DNA from: a virus
Taxonomy: Duplodnaviria > Caudoviricetes
IMG/VR virus record: IMGVR_UViG_3300025534_000026
Span: 1-32,830 of that record
Direction: 5' to 3' (one strand)
Length of the DNA stretch: 32,830 bases
Shown: one piece after another, positions 15,985 through 23,610 of the stretch
Numbering within the stretch: the first letter of the stretch is position 1
Layout of the letters: each line of letters opens with the position of its first letter
Made by a program: the position numbers and the translations under genes
Notes under the pieces: generated by a model
What the model saw: only the letters and a program-made list of their open reading frames with translations
Told to the model about the DNA's origin: nothing
Databases searched by the model: none

Positions 15985-16479
15985 ATGAACTGGTATGTCG
16001 CTGTCGTGCCCGCACAAAAGGAGTTCGCGGCAAGAGACCGGCTCAAGGACCTCGGCTATCAGGTCATGGTGCCGGTAGAGTACAAGTGGCGCCGAAAGTC
16101 CAGGCACACGAGAAAGCGGATTGAGGTCGCCGTGCCTTTGCTGCCCAGATACGTGTTTGTCGGGACAGATTGCCCGCTTTCCTGGTGGCAGGTGCGGCGC
16201 TGCCCGCTGATCAAAGCTATTCTGGGCTGGGACGGCGTGCCGAAGCCGTTGCCGCCGGAAGCTGTTAAAGCGTTGGAAGGACTCAACTTTGCGATTCCGA
16301 CATTCAACCCTCATAAGTCGATAAGGGCTGGCGACGACGTGCAATTCATCATTGGTCCATTGCGCGGCAAGATCGCCAAGGTTCGCAAAATCGTGGCCAA
16401 GAGGGCAAAAGTTCTAATCGAAATATTCGCTTCGATGCGGGAGATCGAGGTTCCTTTGGAGATACTGGATGCGGCGTAA
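15985..16479 (+). CDS. NusG-family antiterminator paralogue (NGN + KOW)
   Basis: MNWYVAVV...E; PLLPRYVFV; KOW segment GDDVQFIIGPLRG...VLIEIF; sits at the lambda Q position. Confidence 0.9.
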   Translation: MNWYVAVVPAQKEFAARDRLKDLGYQVMVPVEYKWRRKSRHTRKRIEVAVPLLPRYVFVGTDCPLSWWQVRRCPLIKAILGWDGVPKPLPPEAVKALEGLNFAIPTFNPHKSIRAGDDVQFIIGPLRGKIAKVRKIVAKRAKVLIEIFASMREIEVPLEILDAA

Positions 16480-16600
16480 CCGATCCGCCTGCTAAAGCAG
16501 GCGGCTTTTCCCTAGGCCGCGAGAGCGACCTGAGAACTTAAGGGCAGGGTTACAGCTGCCCTCGCCCGGAGCCGGATGTTCCGGGCAGCGTTGAGATCAG
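16460..16600 (-). ncRNA. TnpB omegaRNA (reRNA) with guide taken from the flank
   Basis: The hairpin 16541-47/16556-62 has loop GUAACC, complementary to the element's terminal GGUUAC (pseudoknot); further hairpins present; 5' end is approximate. Confidence 0.7.
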
Positions 16601-17701
16601 CGGACTCTGCGTGCCCGCACGAAACACAGGAGAAGGTGGCTTGATCTGGTCTGTTCTTATCGTCGATGCATCCGCAGCACGAGCATGCTTTGCTCGTGTA
16701 GCGCGGATCGACGAACAGCACCGGCACTCCTGCACGCCGCGCCTTGTAGGCGATGAACCGGCGGAGCTGGCCGAACGACCAGTTGTGCAGCCGTCCTCGT
16801 TGTCCACGTCTGGCCTTAACCCGTTCGCGGATGTGGGTCAGGTCTTCCAACCCAATCGCGCGCCCGGAGCGTTGCGCGGTATCGACGAGGGCCTTCGAAA
16901 TCACGTGGTTGATGTGGGTCTGGAACCTCCGTTGTTGTCCAGAGAGCTTGCGGAGCCTTCGTTTTGCGGCCTTTGTGCCGCGGCGCTGAAGACCAGCACG
17001 ACGGCGGGAAAGATGAGAACGAACCTTCTCGACGGTCTCGCCAGTGTAATGTCGGCCGTCGCTGTCTGTGGCGATGTTGACGATACCGAGATCGACACCA
17101 AGCACGTCGGTGGTCTCGATGAGATCGGGATCGTCGATGTCGCAGACGCAGGCGATGTACCACTTGCCACGCACGAACATCAGATCGACCTCGCCCTTGC
17201 GGAAGGCGAGCAGCTTGCGCTGGTGCTCACCCGTGACGTAGGTAATCTTCTGCCGTCCGGCTACCGTCCAAATTGAGACCGTTTGGTTATCGACGAAGCG
17301 GAAGATGCGGTCGTCGTAGGGCTGCGCAGAGAAGCGCCTGAAGGTGCGCTGCGTTTTCCGGTCGAGCTTATAGGCGTCCGCCACCTTGGCGATGCAGCGC
17401 ACGGCAACCTGGGCCGTCAGGTCGAACATCTGGCGCGTGTCGCGGTACGCCAGCTTGTGCAGGTCGAATTGCCGGAATTTCTGCGTCTCCCACGCTTTGG
17501 CGGAGAGGAAGTTGCACGCCTGATTGCAACGCTCAAGCGTCTCGCGGAGGAGCTTCTCCTGCTCTGGCGTGGGTTTCAGCTTGATGTTGGCGACCAGCTT
17601 CATATGTTCAAATATAGAAGCGTTCGCGTTTTGTGTCAGCCACAACAGAGGCCGCACTTCCTCTGCCAGCTGAAGCAGGCAGTCTCCGTGCGGGGCACCC
17701 T
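16476..17701 (-). mobile_element. IS200/IS605-family element, tnpB only (IS1341-like)
   Basis: Related subterminal hairpins at 16485-16504 and 17663-17682; no tnpA; removing the element restores a GCATGA stop/start overlap. Confidence 0.85.
16512..17603 (-). CDS. tnpB: RNA-guided endonuclease TnpB
   Basis: RuvC D/E/D intact (GVDLG, LEDL, ADLNAARNI); zinc finger CSCC/CVSC; N-terminal KLKPTPEQ. Confidence 0.95.
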   Translation of the reverse strand: MKLVANIKLKPTPEQEKLLRETLERCNQACNFLSAKAWETQKFRQFDLHKLAYRDTRQMFDLTAQVAVRCIAKVADAYKLDRKTQRTFRRFSAQPYDDRIFRFVDNQTVSIWTVAGRQKITYVTGEHQRKLLAFRKGEVDLMFVRGKWYIACVCDIDDPDLIETTDVLGVDLGIVNIATDSDGRHYTGETVEKVRSHLSRRRAGLQRRGTKAAKRRLRKLSGQQRRFQTHINHVISKALVDTAQRSGRAIGLEDLTHIRERVKARRGQRGRLHNWSFGQLRRFIAYKARRAGVPVLFVDPRYTSKACSCCGCIDDKNRPDQATFSCVSCGHAESADLNAARNIRLRARAAVTLPLSSQVALAA

Positions 17702-17911
17702 ATGAGATTGCGAAATACGATCGTCTACGGCCTGATCGGCCTAGTCGCATGGCCGGTTATTGCCGCTCTTGGGGTCGTAGAATGGGAGATGGCAAGGGTT
17801 CTTATCGTCTGCATGCCGGTTGCCTACTGGTGCGGTTTCCACGACGGCGAGCGCTTTGGCGAAATTGCTCTTAATGTTGCAAACGAATCACACAGCCTAC
17901 GTTGCAAATGA
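17702..17911 (+). CDS. Small membrane protein
   Basis: MRLRNTIVYGLIGLVAWPVIAALG...; two hydrophobic segments; the ATG abuts the IS left end. Confidence 0.6.
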   Translation: MRLRNTIVYGLIGLVAWPVIAALGVVEWEMARVLIVCMPVAYWCGFHDGERFGEIALNVANESHSLRCK

Positions 17912-17930
17912 TAAGCGTTTGAGGTACAAA
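17902..17930 (+). promoter_or_regulatory. Putative late promoter
   Basis: TTGCAA-17-TACAAA upstream of a ~325-nt leader and the late operon. Confidence 0.55.
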
Positions 17931-18261
17931 AGAATTGGACGATGGCGCGATCCGTCGGCAGGTTCGAGTACAGCCCGAGCCGCGGCGCCACCCTGCGGAG
18001 CCCTATGCACTCCGCGAAAAGGGTTATTGCGCCCCGAAGCAACCCCCTCCCGAGATTGACCGCCCTCGCCACGCAGAACCTATTAGCGAGGGCGGTTGCA
18101 TTGGTGCGATACGCTTACCTGGGAGCTTTCATCGGCTCTGAACTCAGCCGACAGCTTAACCCTAGCCCATAGCGTCTGAATCCACGATGAACGTCAAAGA
18201 CATCATTTCGCCGTCCCTCATTGGCGCCGGCATTCTGTGCGCATTGGCGGGGAGATAGATC

Positions 18262-18393
18262 ATGCCACTGAAGAAAGGCTCATCGCAAAAGGTTATCTCT
18301 CAGAACATCAAGACGCTCAAAAGAGAGGGCTACCCGCAAAAGCAGGCCGTCGCCATTGCCATGAGCAAAGCTGGCAAGAGCAAGAAGAAATGA
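18262..18393 (+). CDS. 43-aa basic phage protein (MPLKKG...PQKQAVAIA type)
   Basis: GGAG RBS; [43 protein letters not shown]. Confidence 0.75.
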   Translation: MPLKKGSSQKVISQNIKTLKREGYPQKQAVAIAMSKAGKSKKK

Positions 18394-18515
18394 CCCGCGT
18401 CATCCTGAGCAAGAACTGGACCCGCAAACCCAAGGCCAAGCACTTCTTAATCCGCGACAAGGCAAAGGCTGACAGGCTCGAAAGGCTCTGGAAGGCAAAG
18501 AGCAAGAGAAAATGA
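18390..18515 (+). CDS. 41-aa basic protein
   Basis: ATGA-coupled at both ends. Confidence 0.55.
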   Translation: MTRVILSKNWTRKPKAKHFLIRDKAKADRLERLWKAKSKRK

Positions 18516-18919
18516 CGCTGCAATACTCAGTGGCGGTGCGCAACGCCCGCCTCGACGCGATCGAGACGACGATCGGTACATCGCCCATACTCGAAATCCG
18601 CTCCGGGCCACCGCCGGCCAATTGCGCAGCACCGGATCAGGGCACTGTGCTCGCCACACTCAATCTGCCGTCTGACTGGATGGCACCGGCGGCAAACGGC
18701 GTGAAGGTAATGGCTGGCACCTGGCAGGATCTGTCGGCAGACGCCACGGGGCAGGCGGGGCATTTCCGCATCAAGGACTCTACTGGCACGGTCTGCCATA
18801 TACAGGGGACGATCACTGATACGAACGGCGATGGCGACATGAAGGTTGACAACACGTCGTTTGCGCAAGGCCAGCAGTTCACGATCACGGCGTTCACGCT
18901 GCAGGCGGGGAATGCGTGA
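18512..18919 (+). CDS. Putative virion structural protein
   Basis: RNARLDAI...ADATGQAGHFRIKDS...QGTI; beta-rich; in the late operon. Confidence 0.7.
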   Translation: MTLQYSVAVRNARLDAIETTIGTSPILEIRSGPPPANCAAPDQGTVLATLNLPSDWMAPAANGVKVMAGTWQDLSADATGQAGHFRIKDSTGTVCHIQGTITDTNGDGDMKVDNTSFAQGQQFTITAFTLQAGNA

Positions 18920-18922
18920 ACA

Positions 18923-19132
18923 TCACTTGGAATGCGTCGGGGATCTTTGCGCTATGAGTTCTCGCCCCTTCTCGGTCAGCAGGTAGTAGTCGCTGTCGCC
19001 CCAGCTTCCGGATTCCCATTTGATCAGTCCGAAGCGTTCAGCTTCCTTGGCGGCCTTGATTTCTTTGTCGGAGAGGATGTCGATGGCGATCGATCCGTCG
19101 TTGTCGGCGATCATCTTGATAATGTCCTGCAT
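18923..19132 (-). CDS. Small winged-helix-like protein, antisense moron
   Basis: GAGGGG RBS; ERFGLI...YLLTEKGRELI wing motif; candidate promoter TTGCCT-18-TATTCT at 19161-19190. Confidence 0.6.
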   Translation of the reverse strand: MQDIIKMIADNDGSIAIDILSDKEIKAAKEAERFGLIKWESGSWGDSDYYLLTEKGRELIAQRSPTHSK

Positions 19133-19165
19133 GGCCAGCCCCTCTACTCGGTGATCTGATAGAAT

Positions 19166-19843
19166 ATGGCATTCCCTGTCGTTGAGGCAACAAATACCGG
19201 CGGCATTGCGGACGGCAGCACGTCGTATGCAGCTCCTCTCCCTAGCGGGATAAGTTCTGGCGATCTGCTGCTCGTATTTGTTGGGGCCTACCACAGCAGC
19301 AGTGCTGTCACCATCTCAACTCCGTCTGGTTGGGACGTATTGTTCAGCAGCGGTGGCGCGAGCACACTTCGACGGTTCGCAGCGTTTTACAGGGTAGCGA
19401 GTGGGAGCGAGGGCTCTACTTTAAGTTTCACGTTTTCTACCGGCGCTCACAAGGCTTCCGTTTCATATCGCATCTCCGGTTACTCTGGTGTTCCGGAGGC
19501 AAATTATACCGCAGCCACAAACAGCAACCCTAACCCGCCATCACTATCGCCTTCGTGGGGCGTCGCAGACACGCTATGGCTCGCAACAGCCGCCGGGGCG
19601 CGAAGCACATCGTCCCCTATGACTGCGCCGTCTGGTTTTGCAGGTTTGATCCAAGGTGCTGCAACGGCGAGCGGGCAGGACGTGCCACGCGTGGCATCGG
19701 CCCAACTCGAGAGCGCGATAGGAACCGTTGATCCAGGCACGTTCAGCCCGAACTTCCATTGGGCCGCGGCAACGGTTGCGATCCAAGGCGCTGCTGCCGG
19801 CGCTGCTCGCCGAATGATGCACTACCGCAGACTGAGGATATAG
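19166..19843 (+). CDS. Ser/Ala/Gly-rich putative virion adhesion/decoration protein
   Basis: PSGISSGDLLLVFV...TPSGW...FYRVASGSE beta-sandwich-like pattern. Confidence 0.65.
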   Translation: MAFPVVEATNTGGIADGSTSYAAPLPSGISSGDLLLVFVGAYHSSSAVTISTPSGWDVLFSSGGASTLRRFAAFYRVASGSEGSTLSFTFSTGAHKASVSYRISGYSGVPEANYTAATNSNPNPPSLSPSWGVADTLWLATAAGARSTSSPMTAPSGFAGLIQGAATASGQDVPRVASAQLESAIGTVDPGTFSPNFHWAAATVAIQGAAAGAARRMMHYRRLRI

Positions 19844-19844
19844 A

Positions 19845-20909
19845 ATGGCAACGCTGCTCCGTCAGTCCACTGCGGTCAACATCAAGCTCGGGCCGTTCGT
19901 TGACGAGGAAGACGGTGTTACACCGCTCACATCGCTCACCATCAGCCAGGCCGATGTGCGCCTCGCAAAGAACGACGGCAATTGGGCGCAAAAGTCGGAC
20001 AGCGGAAATGCGAGCCATGAAGAGAATGGCTGGTATGAGATCAGCCTTTCGGCCACCGACACGAACACGCTCGGCACGCTCATTGTAGCGGTGAACAAGA
20101 GCGGCGCGCTGCCGGTGTGGCGTGAATTCCAGGTAGTCCCGGCGAACGTCTATGACAGCCTCGTGGCTGGATCGGACAACCTGCAGGTTGATACGGTGCA
20201 GTGGGGTGGCACGGCGGTTGCCACTGCCAACGTGCTCATTGATGGCGCGATCACTGCTGCGAAGATCGCGAGCAATGCCATCACCGACAGCAAGATCGCC
20301 TCCGGTGCTCTCACGGCCGCGAAGTTCGCTTCTGGCGCTTTCGACGCAGTTTGGTCCGTCCCCACCCGCGTTCTGACGGCCGGCACCAACATTGTGCTCG
20401 CCAAGGGCACCGGGATCATCGGGTTCAACGATCTCGACGCCGCCGGCGTGAGATCAGCCGTCGGTCTCGCCTCGGCCAATCTTGATGCGCAGCTTGGTGC
20501 GATCGACAACAAAGTTGACGATATCCTCGTGGACACGGGCGCGACGATACCCAGTACGCTCTCCACGATAAGCGGCAAGATCGATACCGTTGACGGTGTA
20601 GCCGATGCCATCAAAGCTGTGACCGACAATCTGCCCGACAGCGGGGCTCTGACGAGCCTTGCCCAGGCTTCGGCACTGGCGACGGTGGAAGGCATTGTCG
20701 ATGAAATCCTGGCGCGCCTGCCGGCAAACGTGGACGGGTACACGTTCCCCCAGGTCGTGACCCTCATTGCCGCCGCGCTGCTCGGCAAGGCATCGGGGCT
20801 CGATACCACGACGGCCGTGTTCCGCTCGCTCGACGACACCAAGGACCGCATCACGGCCACTGTCGATAGAGACGGCAACCGCGCCGCCGTCACACTGGAT
20901 CCTACCTGA
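19845..20909 (+). CDS. Putative virion fibre-like protein
   Basis: 354 aa; decapeptide repeats GAITAAKIAS/NAITDSKIAS/GALTAAKFAS; helical C-terminal half. Confidence 0.65.
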   Translation: MATLLRQSTAVNIKLGPFVDEEDGVTPLTSLTISQADVRLAKNDGNWAQKSDSGNASHEENGWYEISLSATDTNTLGTLIVAVNKSGALPVWREFQVVPANVYDSLVAGSDNLQVDTVQWGGTAVATANVLIDGAITAAKIASNAITDSKIASGALTAAKFASGAFDAVWSVPTRVLTAGTNIVLAKGTGIIGFNDLDAAGVRSAVGLASANLDAQLGAIDNKVDDILVDTGATIPSTLSTISGKIDTVDGVADAIKAVTDNLPDSGALTSLAQASALATVEGIVDEILARLPANVDGYTFPQVVTLIAAALLGKASGLDTTTAVFRSLDDTKDRITATVDRDGNRAAVTLDPT

Positions 20910-21436
20910 TGTTCGGACGCCGCTACTTCGGCCCGCGCTATTTCGGGCAGAGCTACTTCGGGCCGCGCGGAGAGCAGCGCACGGTCGGCGGTCTCTTCGC
21001 CACCGAAGCCGACGATACGCTCTCGGCTGCAGGCGCGCTCAGTATTACGGGCAGTGCCAACGTAACCGAGGCGGACGACGCACTCGCAGCATCCGCGACG
21101 CTCGTCATCGCCGCCGAAGCGACAGCGAATGAAGAGGACGACACACTCGCTGCCAGCGGCCAACTGCTCATCACGGGCAGCTGCACGTCTATCGAGGCCG
21201 ACGACGTTCTGTTCGCCTCGACAGTGCAACCGATCACCGGCGCGGCGCTCATCCTCGAGGAGGACGATACTATCGTCGCCGCCGGCCACGTTACGCTGCC
21301 GCAGATCGACGCCCGCCTGTTCCGCAAAGCCCGCTACGAAGCGCCGCCGTTGCTCATCGCCAAGCACAGCGCGCCGCAACTGATGAAAGCCCGCCGGGAA
21401 CCGAGGACATTCAGAGCACAGCGTCTCGCCGCATGA
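20909..21436 (+). CDS. Repeat-containing putative structural protein
   Basis: N-terminal YFG repeats; five E(A/E)DD(T/A/V)(L/I)xA units. Confidence 0.65.
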   Translation: MFGRRYFGPRYFGQSYFGPRGEQRTVGGLFATEADDTLSAAGALSITGSANVTEADDALAASATLVIAAEATANEEDDTLAASGQLLITGSCTSIEADDVLFASTVQPITGAALILEEDDTIVAAGHVTLPQIDARLFRKARYEAPPLLIAKHSAPQLMKARREPRTFRAQRLAA

Positions 21437-21783
21437 GCAAGCTGCAGATCACATCGGTCTACCAGGGCGACACGGCCCGTCTGCCCTTCGAGGCACAGGA
21501 CACGACAGGTGCGCCCGAGAACCTGGAAGGCTGCTCGATCCGCTGGGCACTGAGCAAGCCAGAGGCCATCGACTCGCCAGTGCTCACGAAGACATCAGAG
21601 AACGGCATTCTGGTGCTCGACGCAGCCGCCGGCCGCCTCGTCGTCATCATCAATGCCGGCGAGCTCGACACCCCCGGCCAATACGTGCAGGAACTCGAGA
21701 TAACCTTGCCATCTGGCGAGACGTACACATATGGTCAGGGACCATTCATCGTGAAGCCGACCGTGCTACCGGAGCAGGCATGA
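21433..21783 (+). CDS. BppU-N-like Ig-fold structural protein
   Basis: YQGDT...NLEGCSIRW...G.YVQELEIT. Confidence 0.55.
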   Translation: MSKLQITSVYQGDTARLPFEAQDTTGAPENLEGCSIRWALSKPEAIDSPVLTKTSENGILVLDAAAGRLVVIINAGELDTPGQYVQELEITLPSGETYTYGQGPFIVKPTVLPEQA

Positions 21784-22025
21784 CCGAGACCGAACACCTC
21801 ATCCGCCAAGCCGCCCGTGAGATAGGCATCACGCTGAACGTCTCACGAGACAGCAAATTCACGGTAGAGGAGAGCACGGATGAGCCAGGCACATACAAGG
21901 TTTCCTTCCTGAACCGGAAGGGCGACAATACAACAATTATCATACCTATGACATCGCAGTTCTCGACCATCCATGCGGCGCTGAAGAGTGCGTGGCGTGG
22001 CATTTCTAAAACAGAAATGGAATAG
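21780..22025 (+). CDS. Hypothetical protein
   Basis: ATGA overlap; 81 aa. Confidence 0.55.
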   Translation: MTETEHLIRQAAREIGITLNVSRDSKFTVEESTDEPGTYKVSFLNRKGDNTTIIIPMTSQFSTIHAALKSAWRGISKTEME

Positions 22026-22027
22026 AA

Positions 22028-22312
22028 ATGGCTGGGCGTAAACCGGGCACGCCTAAAACCGGCGGGCGAAAGAAGGGCAGTCTGAACAAGCGCACCCGCG
22101 AGATGCTGGAGAAGGCGAACAACGCGGGTCTGACGCCGCTCGAGTACATGATGAGAATCCTGCAGGACGAGACGGCTGACCCCGCTCTGAGGTTCGAGGC
22201 GGCCAAGGCAGCCGCGCCCTACAAGCACCCGCGCCTCACTGCCGTCGAGCATTCCGGCAACGCCGGCAAGCCGCTGACGATACAAGTGGTGACCGGCGTG
22301 CCGCGGGAATAA
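22028..22312 (+). CDS. terS: Putative terminase small subunit
   Basis: KTGGRKKGSLNK...AAPYKHPRL..VEHSG; directly upstream of terL. Confidence 0.7.
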   Translation: MAGRKPGTPKTGGRKKGSLNKRTREMLEKANNAGLTPLEYMMRILQDETADPALRFEAAKAAAPYKHPRLTAVEHSGNAGKPLTIQVVTGVPRE

Positions 22313-22331
22313 AGAGACGTGCCGCTCGCCA

Positions 22332-23607
22332 ATGGGCACAGTGCAACGCATTGATCTCGGCTATCGCGCGAGACCGCAGTTCATCCCATTTCACACGAGG
22401 AGACAACGGTGGGCATGTATTGTTGCCCACCGTCGAAGGTGCCGGCAAGACCGTCGCCTGCATCATGGACCTCGTAGACGCAGCTCTGCGGTGCGAGAAG
22501 CCGAATCCCAGGTTCGCGTATATCGCGCCGTTCTACACGCAGGCCAAGGACGTCGCGTGGGCGTACTTCAATCAGTTCACCGCGCCGATCCCTGGTGTGG
22601 AGGTCCACGAAAGCGAGTTGCGTATTGATCTGCCCAACGGCGCGCGTCTGAGGCTCTACGGGGCGGACAACTATAACCGCATGCGCGGCGTCTACTTCGA
22701 CGGAGCGGTGCTCGACGAATACGGCGACATGGACCCGCGGGCATGGGCCGAAGTGATCCGACCGATTTTGTCTGATCGCCGCGGCTGGGCCACGTTCATC
22801 GGCACGCCCAAAGGTAGGAACCATTTCTACGAGATCTGGCAGGCCGCGAAGGAAAACCCGAGCGAATGGTTCACGCTGATGCTGAGGGCATCTGAGACGG
22901 GTCTGCTGCCGCCCGAAGAGCTTGAAGATGCTCGCAAGGTCATGACGCCCGAGCAGTACGAGCAGGAATATGAGTGCAGCTTCGAAGCGGCGATCCTGGG
23001 CGCTTACTACGGCCGCGAGATGCAGAGGCTTGAGGCTGAGGGGCGGATACGCTCCGTGCCCTATGATCCGAGCCTTCCGGTTTACACGGGTTGGGACCTT
23101 GGCCTTGATGACGCGACGGCCATTTGGTTCGTGCAGGTCGCTGGCGCCGAAGTTCGGGTAATCGATTACCTTGAGACCAACAACGAGGCGCTGTCATCGA
23201 TCGCCCGCTCGCTGCTCAATGAGCGGCCGTACATGTACGGGGAGCACTACCTGCCGCATGACGCGGAAATCCGGGAGCTGATGACCGCCAAGAGCCGCAA
23301 GGAAACGCTTGAGAGCCTCGGCGTGCGTCCGGTCAGAGTGGCGCCTCGGCAGAACGTAGAAGAAGGCATAAACGCGGTGCGCAACCTCCTGCCGCGCTGC
23401 GTCTTCGATGAGAAGAAATGCGCTCGCGGCATCGAAGCCCTGCGCAACTATCAGCGCGAATGGGATGACAAGCTAAAGACGTTCCGCAAAACGCCGCGCC
23501 ACGACTGGGCGTCACATGGCGCGGATGCCTTCCGGTATCTGGCGATATCGCTCAGTCCTCGCGCCAAGCCGCAACCGATCCACTACCCTCGACGGGTCTA
23601 CGCCTAG
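22332..23607 (+). CDS. terL: Terminase large subunit, with a +1 frame disruption at 22437-22440
   Basis: The frame from 22332 ends ...VAHRR; the +1 frame continues AGKTVA, Walker B VLDE, IGTPKG, GWDLG, HGADAFRY. Confidence 0.9.
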
Positions 23608-23610
23608 ACC

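Noticed and set aside
15882-16124. 80-aa ORF overlapping nusG
   Set aside because: It overlaps the NusG NGN domain by 140 bp and has no recognisable motif, although an RBS-like AAGGA exists; left uncalled.
16460-16475. TnpB self-targeting elsewhere in the window
   Set aside because: Short GATGCGGC matches (e.g. near 8440 and 6883) lack the adjacent ATGA/TCAT motif and further identity; scanned by eye only.
16512-17603. Cas12f or nuclease-dead TldR regulator
   Set aside because: No CRISPR array; IS ends are present; all three RuvC acidic residues are retained.
17955-17985. tRNA suggested by GGTTCGAG
   Set aside because: No T-stem pairing or cloverleaf.
22351-22440. TTG start at 22351 as the true terL start
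   Set aside because: It gives a non-homologous N-terminus lacking the Q motif and HRR, which are encoded in the 22332 frame.
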